DNA of 64,000 nt from Bdellovibrionaceae bacterium UBA3535 (GTDB lineage: Bacteria > Bdellovibrionota > Bdellovibrionia > Bdellovibrionales > UBA840): contig DFOS01000026.1 of the NCBI GenBank assembly GCA_002376845.1, forward strand, positions 130,327-194,326, in the 5' to 3' direction. Below the pieces are notes generated by a model. That model did not search any database. It saw nothing but the letters and a program-made list of their open reading frames with translations, and was not told the DNA's origin. Positions 27,849-37,125 of this stretch are shown piece by piece (positions within the stretch are counted from its first letter, which is position 1; every line of letters starts with the position of its first letter). The position numbers were made by a program, and so were the translations under genes.

Positions 27849-29057
27849 TTAAAGGATAGTTGCCCCAATTTTATTCAGGGAGCCTTTTATTTCGGCAATA
27901 TGATCGGCATCAAAGGTCTCCACCAGAATTTCAATCATGGTTTGATTGGGCCCTAGACTCTGCTCGATTCGATCGTGATAGACCTCTAGGATATTGGCCC
28001 GATGATCGGCAATCACCTTTGTCACCTGTGACAAACTACCCGGCACATCTGCCATCACCAGTTTTAGAGGAAAGATTCTGCCTCGCTTGATCAAACCTTT
28101 TTCTATTACCTTCGATAAAATATTTAGATCCACATTGCCGCCGGTGAGCACACAGCAAATACGGGAGCCAAAACTTTTTCCCTCACGAAATGCCAAAGCA
28201 ACACTAGCTGCTGCGGAGGCCTCCACTACGGTTTTACTTCTTTCTAGCAAAAAAACCATCGCATCAGCCATTTCACTTTCACTAACGGTGTACATTGCAT
28301 CTACATAGGGATGAAAGTAATTATCCAGCATATAGGGACTAGGTTTTTTAACCGCAATGCCATCGGCCAGAGTGCGCTGCTTTACTTCGTCTTGCACTAA
28401 GTCTTTTGCCTGAAAAGACTTGGCAATATTGGAGACATTCTCTGCCTGAACACCGATAACTTTAATGGAGGGCTTTATTTTTTTTACGGCTAGAGCTATA
28501 CCGCATATTAAGCCCCCGCCCCCTACCGGCACGATAATCGCATCCAAGTTTTCCACTTGTTCCATGATCTCAATGGCCGTGGTGCCCTGTCCCGCAATGA
28601 TGTATGGGTCTTCAAAGGGAGGTATAAAAGTGTAGTGATTTTGCTTCGCTAGTTCTTTCGCATGAAAATAGGCTTCATCATATATATCGCCATGCTGAAT
28701 GACCTCAGCACCATAGCCACGCGTCGCCAGAACTTTTACAATGGGGGCATTCAGTGGCATGACAATTTTGGCTGGGATATTTAAGGTACTTGCCGCATAA
28801 GCCACCCCTTGGGCGTGGTTTCCGGCAGAAGAGGCAATCACGCCGTTGCGTTTTTCTTCTTCACTTAAGTGATGAAACTTATTTGTGGCACCACGAATCT
28901 TATAGCTACCTGTTTTTTGCATATTCTCAAATTTTAAAAAAACTTCTGTATTGGCACGGCTAGAACAAGACTCGGACAAACGACAAGGCGTTAGCCTACG
29001 AACTCCCGCAATATTTTTTAAAGCCTCTTGAATATCGGCAAAAGTAGCTACTTTCAT
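27849..29057 (-). CDS. ilvA: Threonine ammonia-lyase (threonine dehydratase) with C-terminal ACT-like domain
   Basis: Start at MKVATFADIQEAL. PLP-Lys motif QKTGSYKIRGA and glycine loop GGGGL. The track ORF extension to 29120 is rejected. Confidence 0.8.
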   Translation of the reverse strand: MKVATFADIQEALKNIAGVRRLTPCRLSESCSSRANTEVFLKFENMQKTGSYKIRGATNKFHHLSEEEKRNGVIASSAGNHAQGVAYAASTLNIPAKIVMPLNAPIVKVLATRGYGAEVIQHGDIYDEAYFHAKELAKQNHYTFIPPFEDPYIIAGQGTTAIEIMEQVENLDAIIVPVGGGGLICGIALAVKKIKPSIKVIGVQAENVSNIAKSFQAKDLVQDEVKQRTLADGIAVKKPSPYMLDNYFHPYVDAMYTVSESEMADAMVFLLERSKTVVEASAAASVALAFREGKSFGSRICCVLTGGNVDLNILSKVIEKGLIKRGRIFPLKLVMADVPGSLSQVTKVIADHRANILEVYHDRIEQSLGPNQTMIEILVETFDADHIAEIKGSLNKIGATIL

Positions 29058-29058
29058 A

Positions 29059-29292
29059 TTAACCGTCTTGGTACCACCAATGGGTAGAAATTCCAACCAA
29101 AGGCGCAAACTCGCCATCAATCAATGGCGGTTTTTCTTGCTCTGCCGTAAAGGTTGGCGACTGCAATTCATCGATATAATAGTAGGGAGCAAAAACCTTC
29201 CCACACTCGGCACAGCGCTCAACAATTTCTTTGTTTTCGCTGATAGCTCCACAGACATGGCACCTTCTGAAGTGAGATAAATCTTTCTTCAT
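29059..29292 (-). CDS. Zinc-ribbon microprotein (77 aa), unknown function
   Basis: GGAGG RBS. CHVCG-x15-CAECG forms two CxxC knuckles. The stop lies 1 nt upstream of the ilvA ATG. Confidence 0.55.
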   Translation of the reverse strand: MKKDLSHFRRCHVCGAISENKEIVERCAECGKVFAPYYYIDELQSPTFTAEQEKPPLIDGEFAPLVGISTHWWYQDG

Positions 29293-29476
29293 AAGGTCCT
29301 CCGACTTCCATTATAACCTGGACCTTGGCAATCACCTAGACTTTTATTTCTAAATACTTAGAATTATTGAGCTTTGACTAATGACTTGACGCGTGACAAA
29401 CTCACCATCTACTAGCTTGTAGCTGACAGGCTGTCTCGCCTCTTATGGAGTCAGCGACCAGAATCTATACAATGGA

Positions 29477-30484
29477 TCAGCTAGCTTTTTCTTCTTTTTT
29501 GGAGCTACTCGTAGACTCTTGCGGCGCCTCAACTTGAGGCTCCTGCTTTTTTTCTTTCTTTTCAAACTTCAATTCTTGCTGCAAGTCCATGGATACCACT
29601 AGCGACATCACCTGCGAAACAATCTGCGCAAAGCGAATGTCTTTGTCTTGAAAGTCACCTTTTTCCTTGGGCATTCGGGCCGAGACAACTCCATAGAACT
29701 CGCCTCTTTTAAAAACTGGAGAAACGATAATGGCATTAAACGATATGGATTTTACTACCTCTTTGATGGCGGCCATGGTGGGATCGTTTTCCATATTTTC
29801 AATCACCACCATCTTCTCGGTATTCATCACATGAATCACTTCTGGATAGCGGTTGAGATCAATTTGCAGCCCCCTTAGACTTCGCTCATCACTGGAGCAG
29901 ACAACAAAGCCCGTTTGCCGATCAGGGTCGCAGTGAATTAAGGAGCAACGCACAGCTTTTAGAGCAATCTCCAACATTTTTGAGTGATTGAACAAAATGC
30001 TATGTAGCGACTTTTTCGTGTTGGCTTCTTTAAGAACAAAATTCACCAATTGTATAAGTAGAGCCTCGTCTTTTTCTTGCGGCTTCTCCGTCTCGCTAGG
30101 AATCTTTCGCTTTTTTTGAATTTGGAAAATTAAACGTGATAGTATGTCTTCCACTTTATAAGGCTTTACAATATAATCTTTTGCTCCAGCCCGTAGAGCG
30201 GTTTTTACATTTTCAATATCGTTGTGACTGGAGGTGATAAAAACTTTCGTATCAAGCTTCTTTTCCGTGACGTATTCCAACAATCCTAAACCTGTGTAAT
30301 CCGCTAACATCATATTGGCCACACAAAAATGTGGGCGCCAATTTAACAAGGTTTCTTTTACTTCTTTTTGCTTGGTCTCCAATCTAACATCAAAGCCTCG
30401 CTCCATAAGGTAGTCCCCCAAGTGCCTAGCACTTGTGGCTTCATCCTCAACAATTAAAACTTTGTACGAATTGCGTGTCGACAT
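29477..30484 (-). CDS. Atypical response regulator: REC-like receiver (Asn at phospho-acceptor position) + GAF-like domain + Lys/Glu-rich tail
   Basis: KVLIVEDE...FCVANMMLADYTGLGLL...ITSS...DYIVKPY aligns to CheY-like REC. The D57-equivalent is N57 (codon AAT at 30314-30316, checked). The C-terminal half is GAF-like. Confidence 0.7.
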   Translation of the reverse strand: MSTRNSYKVLIVEDEATSARHLGDYLMERGFDVRLETKQKEVKETLLNWRPHFCVANMMLADYTGLGLLEYVTEKKLDTKVFITSSHNDIENVKTALRAGAKDYIVKPYKVEDILSRLIFQIQKKRKIPSETEKPQEKDEALLIQLVNFVLKEANTKKSLHSILFNHSKMLEIALKAVRCSLIHCDPDRQTGFVVCSSDERSLRGLQIDLNRYPEVIHVMNTEKMVVIENMENDPTMAAIKEVVKSISFNAIIVSPVFKRGEFYGVVSARMPKEKGDFQDKDIRFAQIVSQVMSLVVSMDLQQELKFEKKEKKQEPQVEAPQESTSSSKKEEKAS

Positions 30485-30579
30485 ACATCCCTTTTTCGGC
30501 TTTTATTGCCCAGATTCAAGGCTTGTAAGATGACAAAGCGAGATTTTTACACCATAGTCATACCGACCTAAGGATAGTT

Positions 30580-31212
30580 ATGGCTTTTATCGTATTTGAA
30601 GGAATTGATGGCGCTGGTAAATCCTCTCTAATGAATGCCCTGGAGACCGCCTTGATGCAGAGAGGGCAGCAGTGCCTACGTAGCCGCGAGCCTGGCGGCA
30701 CCCCGCTCGGCGAGGAGCTCAGAGAGATTTTGCTGCGCACCGAAGGCGCCACCCCTGTGGCACGGGCCGAAGCACTGTTGTACCAAGTTATACGTGCGCA
30801 ACATGTCGAAGAGAAAATTCGCCCGGCCCTAAAAGAAAATCGATGGGTTTTGTGCGATCGATTTACGGCTAGTTCCATTGCTTTTCAGGCAGGAGGGCGT
30901 GCCATATCCAAAGAAGAAATCGATTGGCTCAATCGCTTTTCTACCAACAATTTAGCCGTGGACTTATTTGTCTTGCTGGATCTTGCTACAGAGGAAGCCG
31001 CCGAGCGAGTGCAAAAACGCTACGATGATAACGGCGGTAAAAAAGATCGCTTTGAACTAGAAAAACAGGATTTTCACCAGCGAGTACGTGATACCTATTT
31101 GCAGCTCGCCAAAGAAGCTCCCCAAAAATGGCTGATCTTGGATGCCAGCCAGCCAACCGAAAATATGCTAAAGACTCTACTGCAAAGATTGGAGAAGGAA
31201 AAATGCCTTTGA
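30580..31212 (+). CDS. tmk: Thymidylate kinase
   Basis: FIVFEGIDGAGKSS P-loop, DRF motif, 210 aa. Confidence 0.9.
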   Translation: MAFIVFEGIDGAGKSSLMNALETALMQRGQQCLRSREPGGTPLGEELREILLRTEGATPVARAEALLYQVIRAQHVEEKIRPALKENRWVLCDRFTASSIAFQAGGRAISKEEIDWLNRFSTNNLAVDLFVLLDLATEEAAERVQKRYDDNGGKKDRFELEKQDFHQRVRDTYLQLAKEAPQKWLILDASQPTENMLKTLLQRLEKEKCL

Positions 31213-32150
31213 TAGGACATGCAAAAGAGCGGCAATACCTATTAAAAAAGCAGCGTGAAGACCGGATTTTTCCTGTTATGATCTTTCATGGGCCCAATGG
31301 CATTGGAAAAAAAGCGGTGGCCTTAGAGCTAATTTGCAACGAAGTCTGCTCCCACCAGTCGGCTTGCGGAGACTGCCCGGCTTGTCAAAAAGTACAAAAC
31401 TTAGAATATGAAAACCTTTTTGTTCTTCGCCCCGAGGGAAAATTTATAAAAATTGAGGCCGTACGGCAGCTACTATCAGCTCTTTCTTTGCGGGCACAGG
31501 ATCTCACTCGCTACGTCATTTTGGAAGAGGCTGAAAAGCTCAATCCCCAAGCTGCCAATGCACTATTAAAGACCTTGGAGGAGCCGCCAGAAAAGACCGT
31601 CTTTATACTTCTCACCAGCAATTTGTCCTCCTTGCTTCCTACCATTCGCTCACGTGCCATTCCCATTGCCTTCAACACCCTTAGCTTTCAAGAACTGCAG
31701 GAGCTATCGCCTGAGAGCCCAACATGGCTACTAAAAGCAGCGCAAGGCAGGCCCGGTTTACTGGAAGATTTAAAGCAACATGATAGTTTGCAAGAAAGAA
31801 AGTTGGCACTAGAAGTACTCTCTCTTTACCGCGAATCTTCAAGACATGAAAACTTTCAAAAAATCAAACAATGGGTAAAAGACAAGCCAAACTGGGACAG
31901 AGTTTTTTTCTTTATGCAGTCTTTTCTTCGAGACGCCAGAATACTTTCCATTAACGAGGACAAGCTGCTCAACTTAGACCAAAAAGCATATTTACAAGAC
32001 TTATCCCAGATTGGGGATGACTTTATCGATCTGCAATACAGGGCAACCATTCGCTTACAAGAACAATTCTTAGCCAACCAAGATAAAAGCTTATGTCTTG
32101 AAAATTTTTGGTTCGAGTCAAAGAAAAAATATGTTAGCGTTACGGCATGA
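31203..32150 (+). CDS. holB: DNA polymerase III subunit delta'
   Basis: Start at MPLIGHAKERQYL. GPNGIGKK Walker-like motif, CGDCPACQKV zinc module, SRAI (SRC-like) motif, tmk-holB synteny. Confidence 0.8.
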   Translation: MPLIGHAKERQYLLKKQREDRIFPVMIFHGPNGIGKKAVALELICNEVCSHQSACGDCPACQKVQNLEYENLFVLRPEGKFIKIEAVRQLLSALSLRAQDLTRYVILEEAEKLNPQAANALLKTLEEPPEKTVFILLTSNLSSLLPTIRSRAIPIAFNTLSFQELQELSPESPTWLLKAAQGRPGLLEDLKQHDSLQERKLALEVLSLYRESSRHENFQKIKQWVKDKPNWDRVFFFMQSFLRDARILSINEDKLLNLDQKAYLQDLSQIGDDFIDLQYRATIRLQEQFLANQDKSLCLENFWFESKKKYVSVTA

Positions 32151-32923
32151 TGGGTTGGACGGACATACATACGCACTTTAATATGCTGGAGATTTCTCCA
32201 GAAGAAGCCATAGCTGCGGCGGAAAACTCTGGCGTTCATCGATTCATTACCATTGGTACGCGTCCCGATGATTTGGAATTAGTTTTTGATATTTCCAAGC
32301 GCTTTTACCCAAAGGTATTTTGCACATTAGGCATCCACCCGCACGAGGCAAAACTTTACAGCCAAGATATCGAAAAGCTAATTCGCAAATTGGCCCCACA
32401 GCCCAATGTTGTGGCCATTGGCGAGACTGGTCTAGATTATTATTACGACAATTCTCCAAGAGATATCCAGCAAGAAGCATTTAAAAAGCAGCTGCTGCTA
32501 GCCAAAGAATTAAATTTACCCATTGAAATTCATACCCGAGATGCAGAAGAAGACACCATTCGAATCCTGCGCGAAGTCTCTGACTCCTGGAGTGGTGTGA
32601 TCCATTGCTTTACAGGCACACAGTATCTTGCCAATGAAGCCTTGCAGTTGGGTCTGGACATTTCGGTTAGCGGTGTGGTCACTTTTAAAAGTTCCAACGA
32701 ATTGCGGGACGTAATCGCAAGTGTGCCCTTAGACCGCTTACATGTAGAAACGGATGCACCATTTTTGGCTCCGGTTCCCATGCGTGGTAAGAAAAATCAA
32801 CCGGCCTATGTCGTGCATACGGCAGAGTTTTTGGCTAATTTAAAAGGCGTTGAGATTGATGTTTTACAAAAACAAATTCACCTAAATAATCAACGCACCT
32901 TTCCCAAACTTAAGCTCAATTAA
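32147..32923 (+). CDS. tatD: TatD family metal-dependent hydrolase/DNase
   Basis: DIHTHFN, GETGLDYYY, IHTRDA and ETDAPFL motifs. Confidence 0.85.
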   Translation: MMGWTDIHTHFNMLEISPEEAIAAAENSGVHRFITIGTRPDDLELVFDISKRFYPKVFCTLGIHPHEAKLYSQDIEKLIRKLAPQPNVVAIGETGLDYYYDNSPRDIQQEAFKKQLLLAKELNLPIEIHTRDAEEDTIRILREVSDSWSGVIHCFTGTQYLANEALQLGLDISVSGVVTFKSSNELRDVIASVPLDRLHVETDAPFLAPVPMRGKKNQPAYVVHTAEFLANLKGVEIDVLQKQIHLNNQRTFPKLKLN

Positions 32924-33950
32924 AAGCTTCTTTTATTTCCTTATAGACTGTGAATATATCTTCAGAATTATCAAAAGGATCCGGGTTTCTAGCGTTTTCG
33001 ACGGCAAAACTTAAATCAAAAAAATGACCAATGCGGTATTTACCAAAGAATGCCACAAAAATACTATAAATATGATTTAAAGGTAGAGAGTAAGAATACG
33101 GCATACCAAATTTTTTAAACAGTTCTTTTTGATAAAAAGTTGGCACCTTGTTATCTCTTTTACCAATGACCATATAAAAATCTCTAGGATTTACCATTCT
33201 AGAAAAGTTTGTAGGATCAATTAGGTATTCCTCTCGCAGGCGATGTTCCAATTCTTCTGGGGTCTTGATATTATGGCTTGCCATCATACGATTGCGTAAA
33301 CGCACCACAATTTCTTGGTTCGAATAAGCAATGGTACCAGGCATATTTCCAGAACCTACCACAATAGCAGCCGATTTCACCCGTGTATCGATACCGTAAA
33401 ACAATGCAGCTCGAATGCCGCCCAAGCTATTTCCGAAAACGCCGATACGTTGCTTATCAACATTTGGATGACTCCATAAATAATCCAGTAAAATTCGATT
33501 GCGAATCACCGAGCGTGCAAAGACTCCCGTGGTTTCTGGGATGGTGTTGAGTCCATCAATGCTTTCTTCTAATTGTGATATTACGGCGATATAACCCTTT
33601 GCTGCAAAATATTTAGCATAGGAACGATCCACATAATTCACACCGCCGATGGGGGGAAATATAACGATCACTGGTAACTTTTTATCTTCAATACCTTGGG
33701 GAAAATAAAAATCAACTTTTAGTTTTCCTTGCAATCCATGTATAAACTCACTGTAACTAAGAAAACCTGACGACCTTATGATTCTTCTTCCAAAACTCCA
33801 CTTTTTCTTAACCACCTTTCTTTCAAAAGAGTGCATAGCGGTATAATCCACATATTTAAGACGATGCTTCATTTCATCTTCTGATACATCTGGCATATAT
33901 TTGTACTGAGCAAAGCCTAATGAAAGTAATACTAGTTGCAGAATGATCAT
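32916..33950 (-). CDS. Alpha/beta hydrolase (serine hydrolase), exported
   Basis: AGGAGG RBS. N-terminal hydrophobic leader. Nucleophile elbow GVFGNSLGG. AT-rich gene. Confidence 0.6.
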   Translation of the reverse strand: MIILQLVLLSLGFAQYKYMPDVSEDEMKHRLKYVDYTAMHSFERKVVKKKWSFGRRIIRSSGFLSYSEFIHGLQGKLKVDFYFPQGIEDKKLPVIVIFPPIGGVNYVDRSYAKYFAAKGYIAVISQLEESIDGLNTIPETTGVFARSVIRNRILLDYLWSHPNVDKQRIGVFGNSLGGIRAALFYGIDTRVKSAAIVVGSGNMPGTIAYSNQEIVVRLRNRMMASHNIKTPEELEHRLREEYLIDPTNFSRMVNPRDFYMVIGKRDNKVPTFYQKELFKKFGMPYSYSLPLNHIYSIFVAFFGKYRIGHFFDLSFAVENARNPDPFDNSEDIFTVYKEIKEAFN

Positions 33951-34146
33951 CTTAGACCTCCTGCTGGAATTTTCGACAAGCTTTTAAGAAAAATTAGTGC
34001 GAACGTAGAGTTTCTAGACGCTTGCATAGTCTAGAAGAGCTTAAATACAAAATAAAAATGTTAGGCTAAAAAAGAAAAAAATCAGTGAGTTAGAAAGTGT
34101 TTCAAACTTAGATGGTTTGATTTAATAAAATCTTGGCTAAAACTAG

Positions 34147-34182
34147 CAAAAAGTAGAGGTGAGAGTTTTAGGTCTCACCTCT
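34147..34182 (-). terminator. Rho-independent terminator
   Basis: 10-bp stem AGAGGTGAGA/TCTCACCTCT (34155-34164 / 34173-34182), 8-nt loop, U5 on the minus strand. Confidence 0.7.
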
Positions 34183-34195
34183 TGGCAAAAATCTA

Positions 34196-34624
34196 TTACA
34201 AATTTCTCCACTGGCGCTTCACTGAAATTGCCATTTCGCCAACACAATGACTTACACTGTAAAAGGGAGTTAAAGGACTCTCAAAAGGACTCACTTGTCG
34301 ATTGATCAATTCCCCTTCCACCACTTCGTAAGATAGCAGATTGCCATCTGCATCGGTTTCTACATCCAATGTTAAGATAAAGATTCCGTCTCCATTCCAT
34401 TTGGAATCTGCATAATCGCCGCGGGTCATTACATCGTAAAGACTGCAAGATCGTTGCAGGTATTCCTCCACCTTAACTTCCGTATCTTCTTTATTCACAA
34501 GATAAATTAATGACTTGCCCTCAACACTCACACCAAAATCCACTAAGACCGCTCGCTTCATATTCTGTGCGCTGACTTGGCTAGCCGCTAATAAGATTGT
34601 GGTCACAAAAAGTATAAACTTCAT
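34196..34624 (-). CDS. Secreted hypothetical protein
   Basis: GGAGGAGG RBS. Signal peptide MKFILFVTTILLAASQVSA. Confidence 0.55.
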   Translation of the reverse strand: MKFILFVTTILLAASQVSAQNMKRAVLVDFGVSVEGKSLIYLVNKEDTEVKVEEYLQRSCSLYDVMTRGDYADSKWNGDGIFILTLDVETDADGNLLSYEVVEGELINRQVSPFESPLTPFYSVSHCVGEMAISVKRQWRNL

Positions 34625-34712
34625 TCCTCCTCCTCTTTGCCAGCAAACTAGCTGTGAAACACACAATAAGGAAAGAAAATCTGTGGAAAGAAAATTTGTT
34701 AGGATATGGGTG

Positions 34713-34747
34713 AGTAAAAAATTCTGGGCCCGATAGTATCAGGCCCA
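34713..34747 (-). terminator. Probable rho-independent terminator of the M28 peptidase gene
   Basis: Stem TGGGCC/GGCCCA (34725-34730 / 34742-34747), 11-nt loop, U6 three nt downstream on the minus strand. Confidence 0.45.
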
Positions 34748-34754
34748 ATAATGA

Positions 34755-35957
34755 TTAGAATCCGCGAATATCTGAATTGCCCATATGCATAAGATAAGCC
34801 AAAGCAATTTTCGAAAAGTTTGCTGAATGTAGAAAATCAGAACGATCATCGATAACGTCATCACTGGTGTGGATGCGGCGATTGATGGTGTTCATTGTAG
34901 CCTCAAAAGGTGCAAAAGTAGCAAATCCTTGGCGAAACCAGGATGCGTGATCACTACAGCCATAACCACAATTGAATTCCCGTACTTCCAAACCAACATA
35001 ATGATCGTTAATTTGTAGCATCAAATCTCTTAACCAAGCGGTAGTAAAATCCGCAATGGAACCAATCACCCCTTTACCGGCACCAGGAACCAAAGACATA
35101 TCAATTTGCATAACGGAAATCACTTCCATATTGTCAGCTCGGTAGTTTTTGGCAATTTCGGCGGAACCTAGTAGACCCGACTCCTCGCCGCCATACCAGA
35201 AAATCTCAATACTTCTTTGCGGCTGTTGATTGTTGGCAGCAAAGATACGAAGCGCTTCTAGCAAATTGGCAGAACCAGAGGCATTATCATCCGCTCCTGG
35301 AGCAATTTTATTGGTCCATGACTGCGTAATCGAATCCAAATGGCCGCCTAAGATCACCAACTCTTCGGGACGTTGATTGCCGTAAAGTGTGATCCCAATA
35401 CTATCTTGCTTGGTGGACTCATGGCGAATCCGGCGCAATTCGTAAGGGTGCGAGTAGTTTTGCATGACGGCGGCAATTCGCTCCATCATCGGTTCAATAT
35501 GCTTATTTGGCGAAGGTCCACGGTTGTAGCGGTCTGGATAAGAGGATAAAAAGACAACCGTTTCACGCAAATTGTCTGCGTTCACCTCTTTTACAGCTTC
35601 TGCCACTTCTGCATTGTAATCAATTTTGATATTGCGCTTTAAATAGCGGTTGGCTTCCTCTTGCGCGACAGCGCGCGAAAGTGCTTGCAGCTCCTCTAGA
35701 GGGTTTACCATAGCTTTTTGGTCCCCTAGTTCTAAATCCTCATAACCCCCACAACGCCCCAAAGCATGGCTAGCTACGGAAATTTCGTGTACTTGCCTAG
35801 CATTTACGTAGGCCACTCCCACATTGGCAGCCTTGTCTTCCGCCACCATAGGTATATTTAGAGACTTCAGCAATGTCGCCTCCGCCATTACTGGCTTGGA
35901 AGTAAAATTACCCGTTGGAAAGTGCGCCAATGCCATGGCCATAAATAATTGAATCAT
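34755..35957 (-). CDS. M28 family aminopeptidase (Vibrio/Aeromonas leucyl aminopeptidase-like)
   Basis: AAGGAGG RBS. Zinc-ligand motifs GGHLDS, GADDNASGS, YGGEESGLLGS and CSDHASW. Confidence 0.8.
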   Translation of the reverse strand: MIQLFMAMALAHFPTGNFTSKPVMAEATLLKSLNIPMVAEDKAANVGVAYVNARQVHEISVASHALGRCGGYEDLELGDQKAMVNPLEELQALSRAVAQEEANRYLKRNIKIDYNAEVAEAVKEVNADNLRETVVFLSSYPDRYNRGPSPNKHIEPMMERIAAVMQNYSHPYELRRIRHESTKQDSIGITLYGNQRPEELVILGGHLDSITQSWTNKIAPGADDNASGSANLLEALRIFAANNQQPQRSIEIFWYGGEESGLLGSAEIAKNYRADNMEVISVMQIDMSLVPGAGKGVIGSIADFTTAWLRDLMLQINDHYVGLEVREFNCGYGCSDHASWFRQGFATFAPFEATMNTINRRIHTSDDVIDDRSDFLHSANFSKIALAYLMHMGNSDIRGF

Positions 35958-36120
35958 GTCCCCTCCTTAGACTTGTGCTTCATTGTCAAAAGATTTTGCC
36001 TTGCAGGCAAGCAGAAACTTGCAAAAATCACCATCCGAGTCATTTTACATATCCCCGAAAAGCCCTTGCTTTTTCAGCTACTTAAACCTATTTTGCCTAA
36101 CATTCAAGAAAGAGGTGAAT

Positions 36121-37125
36121 ATGGCAAAACCACGTATTGCGATTAACGGCTTTGGCCGCATTGGCAGAATTCTTTTTCGTGCTGGATTTGAAGATTTGGA
36201 TATTGTAGCGATCAATGACCCTGGTGGCATAGAAACCGCGGCGCATTTACTTAAATACGACAGCAGCCACGGCATCTTTCCTGCCGAAGTAAAAGTGGAT
36301 GGCGAAACCCTAGTCGTAGGCGAGCAGAAAATTCGCTTTATTGCGGAACGCGATCCCAAAAAACTTCCTTGGAAAGACCTCGAAGTAGATATCGTCATGG
36401 AGTGTACAGGCGTATTTAAGTCAAAAGAGGATGCCAACGCACACCTGGAGCAGGGAGCTAAGCGAGTGCTCATCTCAGCCCCCGCTAAGAATGTCGATCT
36501 GACCATGGTTTATGGCATCAATCATAAAGATTATAAGGCCGATAAGGATTATGTTGTTAGCAACGCCTCCTGCACTACCAACTGTCTGGCACCCATTGCA
36601 AAGGTGCTTAATGATAGCTTTGGAATCGAATACGGTATGATGACCACGGTGCACTCCTATACCAATGATCAACGCATATTAGACTCTGCCCATAAAGATT
36701 TGCGTCGTGCCCGTTCGGCGGCAGTATCCATGATCCCCACCACTACGGGTGCCGCGGTTGCAGTTACGAAGGTGCTCCCGGAGTTAACGGGAAAACTTGA
36801 TGGCATGGCCATTCGTGTACCCACACCCAATGTAAGTGTTGTGGATTTAAACGCACAATTAAAAACCAAAGTCAGCGTAGAGGAAGTCAATCAAGCCTTA
36901 AAGGAAGCTGCCAACGGCCCCTTAAAAGGAGTATTGGCGTTTGAAGAAAAAGAATTGGTGAGTATTGATTTTAATGGCAATCCGCACTCCTCCATCGTGG
37001 ATGGGCCGAGCACCGCCATTTTGGGCGACCATTTTGTAAAAGTACTTTCTTGGTACGATAATGAAGTCGGTTTTTCCCATCGCATGGTGGATTTTGCCAA
37101 GTATATACATGAGGTAGGTATCTAG
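36121..37125 (+). CDS. gap: Glyceraldehyde-3-phosphate dehydrogenase
   Basis: Start at [16 protein letters not shown]. Active site [12 protein letters not shown]. The track ORF extension from 35983 is rejected. Confidence 0.95.
   Translation: MAKPRIAINGFGRIGRILFRAGFEDLDIVAINDPGGIETAAHLLKYDSSHGIFPAEVKVDGETLVVGEQKIRFIAERDPKKLPWKDLEVDIVMECTGVFKSKEDANAHLEQGAKRVLISAPAKNVDLTMVYGINHKDYKADKDYVVSNASCTTNCLAPIAKVLNDSFGIEYGMMTTVHSYTNDQRILDSAHKDLRRARSAAVSMIPTTTGAAVAVTKVLPELTGKLDGMAIRVPTPNVSVVDLNAQLKTKVSVEEVNQALKEAANGPLKGVLAFEEKELVSIDFNGNPHSSIVDGPSTAILGDHFVKVLSWYDNEVGFSHRMVDFAKYIHEVGI

Noticed and set aside
30558-30878. 106-aa ORF on the minus strand inside tmk
   Set aside because: It is fully antisense to a well-supported tmk CDS, has a Ser/Arg/Cys-rich low-complexity translation and no RBS. 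It is a shadow ORF caused by locally high GC.
35983-36120. Upstream in-frame extensions offered by the ORF track for gap, and similarly at 4332, 13129, 17596, 23297, 29120, 31128, 34666, 50154 and 60508
   Set aside because: In each case a downstream ATG has a good SD sequence and yields the canonical family N-terminus or a signal peptide. The extensions overlap neighbouring genes or intergenic regulatory DNA.
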